From the NCBI GenBank assembly GCA_951406725.2, contig OX597815.1, positions 213,342,001-213,406,000 on the forward strand: a stretch of DNA of 64,000 nucleotides, read 5' to 3'. The position numbers were made by a program, and so were the translations under genes. The DNA is from Octopus vulgaris (taxonomy: Eukaryota). Below are positions 49,932 to 63,835 of this stretch, in pieces. Numbering within the stretch: position 1 is the first letter of the stretch; the number at the start of each line of letters is the position of its first letter. The notes under the pieces are model-generated. The model worked only from the letters and a program-made list of their open reading frames with translations, was not told where the DNA came from and did not search any database.

Positions 49932-52841
49932 ATATCCACATATCAAAATTATTTATATTGCAAAACAAATGTAACAATTGCATTCTCTTATTCTTTCTTT
50001 TCGTGGTTTCCAGCTATTAGATTGCGGCAATGCTGGGGCACTGCCTTCAAACATTTGTCAATGATATTGACCCCACCCCCAGTACCTAGTTTTAAGCCTG
50101 GTACTTCTTATTTTAACTATCCATACGTGGAGAACCGCTAAGCCACGGGTCATAAACGCAAACACGTACAGAAATATATTGGTCAACCTGGGGCTATTAT
50201 ACATTGGTCAACATTATACTAAAGTGTCACGCGGCGGGAACGAACCTGAAGCCACAGCGTTGCGAAGCAAATTTGTTAAGGACACAGCCATTAAGTATTT
50301 GGTTAATGTTAGTCTCTCTGTCTCTGTTTAATTCCCACCATGACAATCAAGGCGACATTCGAATAAGCTTATAACTTTCTGACATAAACACACACACGCA
50401 CACACATATACACACATACTCGTGCACGCACACACACACACACTATTTTACTTGCACTGGTTTGCGACTACCGTAGTAGAGCAAGAAAGCACCGCACCTT
50501 AAGAGTTTAGTCGGTCACATCGACACCAAGTACTTCCATGGATGTACATATTTTGTTTTAGGTGACTGGTTGTATGCAATGTATGTATATATAACAGCAG
50601 GTTTGTGTATTTATAATTGTCAGCAGGCGTGTCTGACTTGTCTCTGCCTGTGCATGTCTACATGGGTGTCAGATGAAATTACATATCCTCATCGTGAAAT
50701 AACAGATGGCAGTCATGTCAAATAGTTTACATTAAATATAAATCAATGTCAAGAATGAGGACCTAACACTTCCTGCTTCATTAAAAACGGCGTCGATAAC
50801 GAGAAGGAGATACATGCATGCACGGCTGGTTGAGTATCTGTTCACTGGTTCTCAGAGTTGGTGCTTACTCAACCGCGGTTTCGTGCCGTGAAACAGGCGA
50901 GAGATGCACCACTTCTACCCTGGAATAGACGCTGGTCTATCGCAAGAAAGATTCCGCGATGATGATTTGATAATTCGAGACGATTAGATGAACAGGAAGC
51001 AGCGTAAAAACAAGGGTTTCAAATCTCAGCATAAGGCCAGCAGTTTTACGGGCGTGGGTAAATAGATTACATCGACGACCCCAGTGCTTCATTGGAACAT
51101 CTTATCGACATCGAAAAGATGGTCGACATCAGCGGTATCTGAACTCAGAACATTAAGCCGGAAGAAATGCCACTAAGCATTTTGTCCGGCAGGCGAAATG
51201 CATACTGCTTGAAAACAACGAAATACGAGAAACAGGTTTGAACTCCTGATAGACATATAGAAAGTTTGGTATCTTATTTATCTACATGGCCGTTTCATAG
51301 GCGTGTCAAAGAGAGAGAGAGAGGGGGGGGGGGGGGAGAGAGGGATGGAGAGAGAGAGAGGGGGGAGAGAAAGAGAAAAAGAGGGGGAGAGAAAGAGAGA
51401 GAGAGTGAGTCAAGTATTTATCTGTTTATATATACCAATATCAGATATTGAGCTATCACCAAGCTAAGCCACCAATTCTACTATCGTGACATTTCTATCT
51501 ATCCCTGAACTAAAACTCTATCAACATATTTATTCTGTGCAGGCTTACAATTATCAAGTGCGCAATTTATCAGTATTTGCGTTGTTTCAAAATTAACAGC
51601 ACATTGAAGACAGGTACGATAACACGTTAAGAGCCTGTTTATTTATATAGAGAGCAGCATGTGCACAGGTACACGCGCGCTCTAAGTAAATCGAATAAGA
51701 AAGTTGCAGTGACATTACTACTGATGAGAACGCAGATTCTTAACAATAAGATTCGATGACAAGTGTGATGTCGATCAGGCAGGTAAACAAGAAGAATCGC
51801 ATTGACCGTTGGTAACCAACTGTACATGGAAAGAAACTTAGATACATGTTGGAGAGAGGGTAGGTCCAATAAAATCTAACCTCTCACTTCCTCAAACATT
51901 CGATTATTTTATCGATAGAAAAACAAAGTCGGTCACAGCGGGACATGAAATAAGCTATTACATAACAAGGAAAACAGCAGTTGTTCAGACCCGCCTCATC
52001 TCTGAAAGGGCCGGACCTAACAACCAAAAGGCATTCTAATTATAACGACACCGTCTTTTTTTTTTGGATATATATTTTTTTAAAATTTTAGGCACTTATG
52101 TACCCCAGAATGCATTATTTAATGTCTATTTATAGTGGATGGAGGTCTGGTTGCTATTCGAGATGGATGGTGGATGGTGCCGAGGTTGGTTCGCCGAGGT
52201 GCCGGTGGTGGTGTCGTTCAGACTGAGGATAATTTTTCTGTGGAAAATGTTCACAATCATAACAACTATTATTCACGTGCACACTAAGTTTATATAGAAA
52301 ACAATGCGAGAATAGATGACATATTTATCAAGTAACACGCATATTGCGCATGTATAAACAACAGTGTAACGACTGGGAGGGAAATAGATGGGTTGTTATA
52401 TAAACAGCAGTTGTACTAGCCCCCCCCTCTCACCCCACCACCATCACCGTGGTTGCAAGAACCACCACGACGACGATGACGACAACTGCCATTGCTATAA
52501 TCACCACTTGCGACAATATCATCGTAGCAATTAGGCCAACGAAAGGACTCTTTATGTGGTCGGTAACAAGGACTGTTAGAAATAGTAGTTAAATTTCCTT
52601 CAAATCATACATTTCCATCTTCAGAAAGTAAACCCCCCCCCCCCCAGAAAACCTCATAATTTAACCTTAAATTCCCCGACAAAATGGTAGGATGGTCACT
52701 GCTTGAATGCCTCTCGTAAAAGCTCTGTCGATTCAACTGAGAGTGATCCTAGGAGAAACAACTGCTCAGTCACATCAGAATAAAATAATGACACGTGATA
52801 CAAGACTCCAGATTTGTCAGTTTATTGTAAATCCAAATTAG

Positions 52842-53200
52842 TCTTTTACTCTTCTACTTGTTTCATTCATTTGACTGCGGCCATGCTGGAGCACAGCCTT
52901 TAGTCGAGCAACTCGACCCCAGGAATTATTCTTTGTAAGCCTAGTACTTATTCTATCGGTCTCTTTTGCCGAACACTCCAGCATCGGTTGTCCAGCTATG
53001 TTGGGGAGACAAACACACACCTATATATACATATGTACGACGGGCTTCTTTCAGTTTCCCTCGACCAAATCCACTTACAAGGCTTTGGTCGGCCCGAGGC
53101 TATAGAAGAAGACACTTGCCCAAGGCGCCATGCAGTGGGACTGAACCCGGAACCATGTGGTTGGTAAGCAAGCTACTTACCACACAGCCACTCCTGTGCC
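52842..53200 (-). mobile_element. SINE family A (internal deletion)
   Basis: Reverse-complement copy. Confidence 0.8.
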
Positions 53201-53253
53201 TGCTGAAATATATAGTCAAGAATTGAGCCTATATCATAAGATAATGACAACAT

Positions 53254-53500
53254 TTTGACATCAACTGAGAACAGTGACTTGAAATGTTTTGACATTGGCT
53301 GAGGGTAGTGACTTGACGATATTTTTTGACATTAGTTGAAGACAGTGACATTAAATGTTTTGACATTGACTGAGGGTACTGACGTCACGATCATGTTTTG
53401 ACATTGGTTGAGGATATTGACGACTCAGTGACTCGAAATGTTTTGACACTAGTTGAGGATAGTAACATCACAATAACATTTCGACATGGACTGAAGGCTG
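53254..53500. repeat. Degenerate ~35-bp minisatellite, ~7 units
   Basis: Recurrent ttgacatt..(c/t)tgag...gtgac units. Confidence 0.8.
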
Positions 53501-54379
53501 CAGTCATTGATGGATATTTAAGAAAGCAAAAAGTTTCGCTCCTCATCAGGTCATGATTGAGGAGAATTACGATCAGAGGCCTTCCAGCCATGCCTGTCAT
53601 GTCTTTTTGTGTACCAATGACTAAATTGCTCAATGTGTTCTATTCATTTTGTTTTTGAAGACGATAGGGCGTGATTTAAAGGAGACTTAGTTGCAATTTC
53701 CAGCAGGTCAAGCGCCCACGTGCAGGCTCCCGAAAGGGTTGCTTGCCGGCGTGCGTTTTTCATCCACTCCCACCAGATTATGTCAAACAATCATCGAACT
53801 TTTCTTTGCATCACTCGTCGATTTCTTGGCTAGTAACTGCGCAACTAAGTATTGCCGCTGGCTAACTCAGTCGCCACTCTTCCTTTCATACCAACCACCT
53901 ACCCACCCCTCGGCCTTCCTCCCTCACAATCCATACTCATTCCCTCGCCATAGCTCTCATTCTCTGCAATAACCTCATCCATTTCCCTTCGCCACGTTTT
54001 AACCTATTCATTTCTTTTGACTCTTTCACCAGACATTATAATAATGCTCTCTCAAAGAACCGTTGTCCGAAACATAAGATTTATTCACTGATCACAATGA
54101 CCAAACTTCTAATAATACAATTAGCAATGTTTCTAACTCTCTCACGCACACTTTCGTTGTCTGTCCCAAGCATTTTGCTGTTGTGGTACTTTGAATGTAA
54201 CTGAGTTTCGTGCAAGTATTGATATATCGGTTAGTTTAGCTGAGCTTTGACATTTTCACGTTGTCTATATTTCATGGAAACACTAACAGGTAGCTTAGTT
54301 ACCATTTCTATTGAGTAGAAATGCGCATTAATTTGGACTGCTGATTTTACACACACACGCCTGCCTGCCTTCGTACGTA

Positions 54380-54404
54380 CGTACCTACCTACCTACCTAC
54401 CTAC

Positions 54405-54451
<47 letters not shown>

Positions 54452-54515
54452 CCTACCTACCTACCTACTTACCTACCTACCTACCTACCTACCTATCTAT
54501 CTATCTATCTATCTG
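54380..54515. repeat. Compound (CTAC)n/(CTAT)n microsatellite
   Basis: Direct reading. Confidence 0.95.
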
Positions 54516-55390
54516 TCTAATGATAAAGAGAATGCATTTTATTCAATTAGTTCCTTTATCGTTTGTCGAAAGCAATTAACTATAAAACTAAATATTTATC
54601 ACCCGTGGGATTCTCCACGCGTACTCACCAGTTTCTCTAAAATATCCTAATGTGATTATTGATTTTTGTATCATACTTAAATCACTTTGATCTTGTAGAT
54701 GTCCAAAATGTATCTTATATGTGGCAGCAATTTTCTGTGCTAAAAATGGTACAGTCATTATAATACCCCTGTAGGCAGTTAGCGAAACAGAGTCAGTTAA
54801 TTACACCTGAAAGCGTACCTGAAGAGCAAATAATGTTCACCTGTGGAGCAAAGACGAATGGATTAACTGGTTCAGTCTAAGATTTAATAACTAAACAAAT
54901 TAAGGTATTTTTTTTTGTGTTTATTAAACAAATGTAAAATATCAACTCTTGTGTCCTGTTTTGTATTGATTTCTCTAAGCTAACTTCTGTTGCATTCCCA
55001 AAACGACAATCGAAGTTGGGTCTATTATACTTGTATTTATGTTCGAACTCATCTAAAATTTCTCAGGCAATCATATTAATATAACAAACTGTATCAATAT
55101 CAGCTTTACGAGTCTAGATGAACATTTTCAATGCTGTATACCAAACCAGGCAGTTAGTACGGCTATTGTTAAAAAATCTATCCCTATCCCTAAACATAGG
55201 ACGTTTCCTAAATATGCAACAGAGTTGGTAAGGTTTAATGGTTGGCAGAAAGAGCACAGCAGCAATGGAAGAAGGAGACAATTGATATCAAACCCTAAAA
55301 GACTGGAACAAATGCTTGCTTACAAACTTAGGTAAAGAAGAAAAAAAAATCAGATTCTGTTCTCTAAACCACATAAAAATCGTTTATCAG

Positions 55391-55414
55391 TTGCTACTAC
55401 TACTGCTGCTGCTG

Positions 55415-55452
<38 letters not shown>

Positions 55453-55495
55453 ACTACTACTACTACTACCACTACTACTACTACCACTACTACTA
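55391..55495. repeat. (CTA/CTG)n trinucleotide tract
   Basis: Direct reading; source of the poly-Leu/poly-Val ORFs. Confidence 0.95.
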
Positions 55496-55879
55496 ATTGC
55501 TCTCCAGTCATCATTCTAAGATTTAGTAGCAACTATTACCCTGTACTTTGCTGATGAAATCTAATAGGACCAAACGCAAGACATATGTCCGTCAAAAGGC
55601 TTACTGCTTGTACAGTTACCACCGTACAGACATTCAGTTATTAGTGACACCTAGTGTTCGTTCATTCACTAAGATGCTAATATTCTTTCAAATCATTCCA
55701 AGATCTGGCACTAATCATTAAAACCATAGTTTGCTGATGAAGTTTAACAAGTTCGAAGTTGTCATCATATTACAAATATTATACTTATTATACTCCACAT
55801 TTATTCAAAATTATATTCAAGTTCGTCTCCCCTACCTTTCCTGATCAGAATTAGTCATTGAGGACAAGGTTAATAATAA

Positions 55880-56245
55880 TATAATGAAATTATTGTATGC
55901 ATTGCTCAGGTGCACCACAACTTGTCAAAAGTGCATATAAAGTACATGCAGTAATGTACAAATGTCTGGGAAGTGAACAGTGTATGAGTCAGATACATGC
56001 TTGCGTGTGTATGGAGGGGAGAAAATCAGGTGTAGTGTTGGCGAATCTCAGGAAGCATGGAAGTTTTGAAGGATGCAGTGCTCCGACAACTAACAACTGA
56101 TGCCGGCAGTTTGTTCCATGCTTCAGCAACTCTCAACGTGAAAAAATGTTTCCGAAAGTCATGGGAATTGTGCTGTTTTCTGACTTTGTAAACATGTCCA
56201 CGGGTGTTAGACAGGTGCAGTTTGAAAAGGTGCTCAGAGTTATTG
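55880..56245 (-). mobile_element. CR1/L2-group LINE 3' end fragment
   Basis: ORF NTRGHVYKVRKQH...RKHFFTLRVAEAWNKLPASVV...FK is the typical CR1-group ORF2 C-terminus, followed by a 3' UTR and an (ATT)-rich tail. Confidence 0.8.
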
Positions 56246-57465
56246 TTAATTTTCCTTTTTACTACGGGTTTCACTTTAATGAATTAAAATTTCATGTCAC
56301 ACAACTTGAAGTAGTCGGTAAACACTTTACTGTTGATAATAAAATTTTGCCAATAAATCGAATGACTTTTTCCTATGCTAACCACTCAAACGTTAAACCG
56401 ATCGTTGCCAACGAGACGGTTTCAGCGCAGTTGCCTCGACTTATTTAAAAAGAGTAACCAAACGTGAAATCAGATTATTCATAATCTACCGTTTTTAGAT
56501 AAGGTAGTCCAGATAACTTAGGCCTGAGTAAAAGACGGGCTGGTCATGGCTGGAACGAATTTGATCTTAGAACTTGTTGGATCGTGTCTAACATGGGTCA
56601 AAGACACAATCAACAATTCAGTGAACGGGGTATGAGGGATGGAAGAGAATTTAGTATAGTATTTAGCCGTAAGCGAACCTTGATCGAGCAGATTTACTGT
56701 CAAAGGCATTCCAGCCATGACTATCCTATCTTTTTGAATATTTAGAACTGTATTGCCCAACACGATCTTCTGTTTTGAAGAAGACAAAATGTGGTTTGAA
56801 GGTAATTTGACTACTATTTCTAGCAAAGTTGAGCGACCGCATGCACTCATTGGTCTCGTAGTCAATGACTGAGCAACTTACTCTGTATCGATCGAATCGA
56901 ACTCACTGCGAGCTTGTTACATATTTTATTTCATCAACTTCAGGAAGGATGAACGCTCAGTTTTATGAGTCGATGAAATCACTGTCCATGAGACAGAAAA
57001 CTAAGTCGGGACCTGAGAACTGCATCGGGATAAGTCTAAATGCATAAAACATGAACGAGTATTACTAAATTGATCCCACAGCTCTCTCACAAGTTAGTCA
57101 AATCACTAGTCATGACATTATATCAATGTTGGTTGATTCATCAGATACAATTATACCAGTTGCTATTGTTAGACATTGTACGGTGATGCGTCAATGTAAT
57201 GTGTGCTGTGTGTGTATATGCTTGCGTGAAGCTGTGTGTGTATATGCGTAAAACTATGTTAGTGTAGCATAAGTGTACGTTTGTGATTTGCAATGTTTTC
57301 CATTGCACACCTCCTCTCCTCTCACCCCTCGCCTCTCTATCAACGCACCATCTAAGAGCCTCTAAGTAGTTACAAGACATACTAGAAATAGCAGCAAGAT
57401 CTCTATCAAACCACACAGTCTAATATTATAAAAAGGACCCCCATGGAATACATGTAATCCTAGAT

Positions 57466-57668
57466 ACTCTTTTACTCTTTTACTTGTTTCAGTCATTTGA
57501 CTGCGGCCATGCTGGAGCACCGCCTTTAATCGAGCAACTCGACCCCGGGACTTATTCTTTTGTAAGCCCAGTACTTATTCTATCGGTCTCTTTTGCCGAA
57601 CCGCTAAGTAATGGGGACGTAAACACACCAGCATCAGCTGTCAAGCAATGCTAGGGGGACAAACACAG

Positions 57669-57701
<33 letters not shown>

Positions 57702-57803
57702 CATATATACGACGGGCTTCTTTCAGTTTCCGTCTACCAAATCCACTCACAAGGCTTTGGTCGGCCCGGGGCTATAGCAGAAGACACTTGCCCAAGGTGC
57801 CAC
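57466..57803 (-). mobile_element. SINE family A, 5'-truncated
   Basis: Reverse-complement copy lacking the tRNA head. Confidence 0.8.
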
Positions 57804-59560
57804 ATGAATTTCTGCAAAAAAAAAACAAAAAAAAAGGAAAGAAAAGAAAAGTTAGTAAGGTCTTGGGTTGAATGTTTTAATCTTAAGAGAGAGATGCTTG
57901 ATCAGAGCTGACCGGGGGCTAAACAAAATAATCTTTCAATTTATTTTATTTTGTTTTTCTGCACAAGATCATTATTATTTATTGGAACAAAGGGCTGAAG
58001 GACAGCGGTGAGTCCCCGAGTTTTGGTTCGATTCCCAATCAAAGCCAATTTATTCCTTTCAGTTGTATTGTTTTGAGAAAGGCTCAGAAAGCCATCTCAG
58101 AAAAGTTAGACCCGGGCCAGAATTTTGAAAGGAAAACCCGACTTAATACTTTCTAAGTATTGTTGTCCAATACTCGAACGATTCGCTGAATAAATACAGC
58201 CTTAGAAACAACAAATAATTAAGTCTCCTCCATGAAGGTTCTGCTGAGGCTAAACAACAATAGCAAATGAATTCTCAAGTCAACAAGGGAGCCTCGACAT
58301 ATTAGAAATAGCAGCTAAATCCTCTTCAAAACACTCCTACTATTGGCTTTACAAAAAAAGGATGGACGACTTTGATCACCAGTCTGCTCAATCAACAAAT
58401 GCAAACCAAAGACAAAGAGTCTCTTCGCGGTCGCTCCATCGGCTGAAAATAGCAGTCAAATTCTTGACAAACCGCAGCATACCATCTTAACCCCACCTCC
58501 AAATATGGGCATTAAATAATGTAGTTCTAGATACATTGTCGAAAAATACGATTGGAGCATTTTGGACGGAACTGGGGATAAATAACAACATCAACAATAA
58601 TAAAGAAACGTGGTGTCAGAAAACAAACTAGAAACGATAAAGTAAGCAAACAGGTGAAACTGTACGTGGACACTCGATTTGCTAGAAATATCAGCTAAAT
58701 CTCCTTCTACATCCATTCGTATCATTTCTCATCGAGACTGACATTGCCTTTCATCACTCAGGAATACCAAACCAGGTATTCAACCCTTTTTCTTTCCCCT
58801 CAAGAATTGTGTGTAATGTTGTGTTTATTTTAGAAATTATTCTTATTTTGGTAGAATCGATATAGAACCAGAGCCAGAGCTAATTGCCTTGCAATAATTA
58901 GTTAAGCTCCATTAGTTAACATGTCTCCATTCTGAATTCGAAGCTCTCAAAGGCCTACTTTGTGTTTCATCATTCCAGGATCGATAAAATTAAATTCCAA
59001 CTAAGCATTAATGTCGATTAAATCTACGACACGTTTTCCCTAAAATTCCAAACCCTAATGCTGTTGGAATCGGCAGAAAAACGCGTTTAACGCACAAAGC
59101 TATTTACTTACATCCATTTACGTTTCAAGTTCTAACACCGTCGAAATCAGACTTTGCTTTTCATCTTCCCAGGATGTCGATAGAATTATTACTAGTCGTA
59201 GCAGCGTTGATTTATTTGACTATATCAGATCCCCAGTCCAATTTGTAGCCTTGTATCTGGAAGGTGGAACAGAATGGCTAGCAAGCGGGCCTGCGCTTAG
59301 TATGCGCCTTACGGTTGGAGAAATCAGCTGGGCAAAGCGTACATATTCTTTAGTAGTCAAGAAAATATCAAATCCGTGGGCCTCTTGATTGACCCTAGGT
59401 GATGAATCTACTTTTGGATCTTTCTAATATGGGTATACTATCACATTTTTCTTCCATTTCCTATATAAAAACTGTTTTTATAACGTGTCCTTGTAATGTT
59501 CTTTCAGCTGTCGCTCTTGTGACAGTAATAAAGAGTTTATAATAATGTAGTCGCGAAGTG

Positions 59561-59785
59561 GGCGGCGAGCTGGCAGAATCGTTAGCGCGCTGGACGAAAT
59601 GCTTAGCGGTATTTCGCCCATCGCTACGTTCCGAGTTCAAATTCTGCCGAGGTCGACTCTGCCTTTTATCCTTTACAGGGTTGATAAATTAAGTACCAGT
59701 TACGCACTGGAGTCAATGTAATCGACTTAATACCTTTGTTTGTCCCCTCTATTTTTAGCCCCTTGTGGGCAATAAAGAAATAAAA
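59561..59785 (+). mobile_element. SINE family B
   Basis: Collinear with 63603-63835. Confidence 0.85.
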
Positions 59786-60836
59786 ATCGTTCGTTTGAAC
59801 GATTGAAAAAAAAACAACAACAACGCTTTGTGTTATTTATTCCGACTCTTTTTACACCAGGAGTTCAAATCCAACCTTTTTATCCTTTGAGTCAGTAAAA
59901 TAAAGTACTAGGGGCTGGTGGTATTCAATCCTTTCAAAAATGCTGGCCTTGCGCAGCTCGACAGATAGTTAGACAGGGCAATATTTAGTTGTGTCGCTTT
60001 ACATTCTGAGTTCCAACTCCGCCGGGGTTGACTTTTCTATCCTTCCAAAGTTGATAAATTTTGGTGCCAATAAAATAGTGGGTTCGATTTAATCGAATAA
60101 TTCCACCCAAAATTGCTGGCCTTACACGCAGCCAGTGGATTGACAGAATCTTTAGAGTGTCCGAAAAAATAGCTTTCGGTATTTATTCTGGTTGCTTACA
60201 TTCACAGTTCAAATCTCATCGAAGTCAACTTAACCTTTCATCCCTCCGTGGTCGTAAAAATAAATTACTCATAAAGTACAGGGGTCAATGATATCTATTA
60301 ACCACTCTCCTCAAAAGTTACTAGCCTTGTGTCTAAATCAGACACCATTATTATTACGAAGGGTTGACCCTAGGTTTCAAGCCTTGTGTCCTATATTAGA
60401 AAGGATTGTTGTCACTATAGCTTGTCAGAATCCGTAAATCGTGCGAAATTTACCTTCACGCCGCTTAACATTGCGAATTCAGATTTTTGTTGAGGTTAGC
60501 TTTTGGTTTGGTTCGGTTATTTTACCAAGTTGCAACAAGTTGTTTTAAAAGCTCTCTCTCTCTCCATCCTCCCTCTCTCTCTATATATACTTATGTACGT
60601 ACGTACGTACGTATGTATGTATAACCTAACGCATTTCTTTCCTGGCTCTCTCCTTTTTTTTTTTATTTATCTCCTTTCATCTTCCCTGAACCTTCCTCTC
60701 GTGTCCGACGGGCAAAGTGCTTAGTGGTGTTTCTTCTGGCTCTTTACGATCTGAGTTCAAATTTCTCAGTGCTCCACTTTACTTTTCATCCTTTAGAGAT
60801 CAGTGGAAGCGCGCCGTATGTGTGTGTGTGTGAGTA

Positions 60837-61158
60837 ACTTTTTGGTTACCTCACCCCCATTAAAAAATTGGGTTATCTCCTCACTAAAAAAGTTGATTTT
60901 ATGTGGCGACAAGAGATTGAATCAAAAGGGTTAGATCCTTTTGATTCAATACTTCAAAACATTGTTGACTTTTGGCCTCCTCAATAGGCAGGAAATGATT
61001 TGTTATAAAAATGTTATTAGATTCAATAAGACGTTTAATCTTTTCGCTTTTCATGTTTTTAAATTTTTCATTTCTTTTTGTTTTATTGAGGGTTAAACAA
61101 TTTTTTTTAGTTGGGGGAGATAACCCAATTTTTTAATGGGGGTGAGTTAACCAAAAGG
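60837..61158. mobile_element. MITE with ~50-bp TIRs, TA flanks and an internal hairpin
   Basis: ttttggttacctcacccccattaaaaaattgggttatctcc is mirrored at 61096-61156; internal 14-bp hairpin at 60916-60950. Confidence 0.8.
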
Positions 61159-61693
61159 TATCAGTTAGTATTTGTATTCCCCCCCACACACACACACACC
61201 AAGCCACCGCTTGACAACCGATGTTGGTTTGTTTACGTATCAGTGACTTAGTGTTCGGCAAAAATGACCGACAGAACAAGTACCAGACTTAGAAAAATAA
61301 GTACTGAGTGCGATTTGTTCGATTAAATCATTGAAGGTGATACCCCAGCATGGCCGCAGTCCAAAGACTGAAACAAGTAAAAGATAAATATTTAGGTATG
61401 AATCATCCCAATAGCTGCATTCACATGTTTAGAAAATAAGTCGGATAAAGTACGTCTAGTACGTTTAAAAACCTACAGACTGTCTTTGGCTAAGCTCTGT
61501 TAATTTCATTGTTTAGAGCCGGGTATAAAGTTCTTTCATTTTTATACATCTGTACAACATGACCTACATTCATATTAATTACATAACATCCTAGGTATAA
61601 AATAGAGCCGTGTATTCAGTCACTTCCATCACCGACAACACAAAATTAAACAAATCGTCTTTCTCTCTCTCACACACACACGACTCTCTAGAG

Positions 61694-61839
61694 CAGTTAT
61701 TGGCAAACTTCGACCCGCGGGTCTTTCCGAATAACACGCCTAACGCCTAACTTACCTTTGATGTTTTAGTAGTGCAGTCCGCCTGATTATGAACCATGTC
61801 TCATGTGGCCTACTTCTCGAAGAAGGTTGCCTATGTCTG
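61694..61839. mobile_element. hAT (Charlie-like) MITE
   Basis: cagttattggcaaact...aggttgcctatgtctg with degenerate TSD ctctagag/atctaaag (NTCTAGAN-type target). Confidence 0.55.
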
Positions 61840-62817
61840 ATCTAAAGCTATCAGTTGCACAATGGACAACAAATACATCCGCATGAAAACACAATCATCT
61901 TGGTATATGATCGTGGGTTGATGGGAAATCGAAACAGTTTTTAAAAACATTTTTTTTTTATCAGTTTACCCTAATGCAGTGGTTCTCAACAGGGATCCAC
62001 ATGGCCCTCGGGGTTCCGTGTAAAAGTTTGTCGTTAAAATTTATGTACGACAAAAGAATAATTTTACCTAGTGTGAGCAGTGTGGAGTTTAATGCAAAGT
62101 GGACAACAAATTTGGAGGCTTTCTTTTGGGGGAGCCTTAGCTTCAGAACCAACCATCATGCCTGAGAAGAGGAGGAAGGTGGGATACTGCAGAACTAAGG
62201 GTCACTTCTACGTTAACGTTTCTCACAGCTGATTTGAAAGTGAGGTAGACAAATTAGTATGTTTAATAAAATTAAGATGGTTTCCAATTTCTTAAAGTTG
62301 TCCAATACCATGATGAAGAAAGCAGGTATGTAAGGATGCATGCCCTGTTTTATCGTCTCAATAATAAAAGGGAAGGGCAGTTTGAGAACCCCCGGTCGAC
62401 GCCACATTTAAGGGACTGTATCGGAAAATGCAGTACCAGGTTTATGAATACTTCACAAAGAATATAAAACCGACTCCTGTACCGGACAGATCCATGTTTT
62501 TTGTCGGTTCTGGGGGATGAAAAGTAAAGCTGACCTCGGCGGGATTTGAACAAAAAGCTTAAATGGCCAACACAATGAACTGACAGAAGGGAAAATACTA
62601 ATCATATCAGTGGTTCTCAAACTTTTGTTGTTCAGTGTCCCTTATTCATCGAAGACGTTTTACAAACGAGCTCTTTGCATATTTTTTTTTATATTTCAAA
62701 AAAGTTTAATAGAATCTAATTCCCTGTATTTCTGATAATTATCTCGTTCAGCGCGTGCCTCTTTTTAAATGAACTTAACCCCTCTCGCTTTCTCCCTTCA
62801 GTGGCCTTCATTCAAAA

Positions 62818-63429
62818 CAGTGGTTCTCAACCATTTCTTTGCCTATGGACCCCTTTGATTCCTTTTTAACTAGGGTGGAGCCTCAAAGCCATTTGATGTT
62901 TAAGAAGTCCTACTCTTCTACTTGTTTCAGTCATTTGACTGCGGCCATGCTGGAGCACCACCTTTAGTCGAGCAAATCGACCCCAGGACTTATTCTATCG
63001 GTCTCTTTTGCCGAACCGCTAAATTTCGGGGACTTAAACACACCAGCCTCGGTTATCAAGCGCTGTTGGGGTGGGGGTAGGGACAAACAGACACTCAAAC
63101 ATACATATATATATACATATATACGACGGGCTTCCTTCAGTTTCCGTCTACCAAATCCACTCACAAGGCTTTGGTCGGCTCGAGGCTGTAGCAGAAGACA
63201 TTTGCCCAAGGTGCCACGTAGTGGGACTGAACCGGAACCATGTGGTTACTTACCACAAGTTACTTACCACATAGCTACTCCTGCGCCTATTATATTTTTA
63301 TAATTAAATACTATTAAGAATTGCATAAAAAAAATGTTAAAATGTTTTGTGTATTGTATAAATATAACCAATTGATTGAAAATAAATTTTAACCACAAAA
63401 TCTTATATGGACCGTGATTGAGAGCCACT
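62818..63429. mobile_element. hAT-type MITE interrupted by a SINE
   Basis: cagtggttctcaa / ttgagagccactg termini; related termini also at 61978 and 62608; SINE nested at 62911-63287. Confidence 0.5.
62911..63287 (-). mobile_element. SINE family A
   Basis: Reverse-complement copy with small deletions. Confidence 0.8.
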
Positions 63430-63602
63430 GGTTTAGAAGCTGTTTTTGAACAATGGCGTAGTCGAAGTATGTGGCCTGCGAGTTCTAATCTTCGTTCTGT
63501 GATGATTTCGATAAGTGGTATTGTGTTAGCATATAGGCGCAGGAGTGGATGTGTGGTAAGTAGCTTGCTTACCAACCACATGGTTCCGGGTTCAGTCTTC
63601 AA

Positions 63603-63835
63603 GGCGGCGAGCTGGCAGAAACGTTAGCACGCCGGGCGAAATGCTTAGCGGCATTTCGTCTGCCGCTACGTTCTGAGTTCAAATTCCGCCGAGGTCGACT
63701 TTGCTTTTCATCCTTTCGGGGTCGATTAAATAAGTACCAGTTACGCACTGGAGTCGATATAATCGACTTAATCCGTTTGTCTGTCCTTGTTTGTCCCCTC
63801 TGTGTTTAGCCCCTTGTGGGTAGTAAAGAAATAGG
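63603..63835 (+). mobile_element. SINE family B, young full-length copy
   Basis: ggcggcgagctggcagaaacgttagc...gagttcaaattcc (B box)...ctttcatcctttcggggtcga..taagtaccag central domain; many relatives in the window. Confidence 0.85.

Noticed and set aside
51721-51745. CTGATGA-GAAC..ATTC
   Set aside because: Followed by TTAA rather than GAAA; no stems III or I.
53254-53500. CRISPR-like periodicity
   Set aside because: Eukaryotic context, the whole unit is homologous with no unique spacers, and there are no cas genes.
53530-53552. Minus-strand CTGATGAGGAGCGAAAC hammerhead-like core
   Set aside because: Only a 1-bp stem II, and no NUH triplet or stem I follows (GCU instead of GUH).
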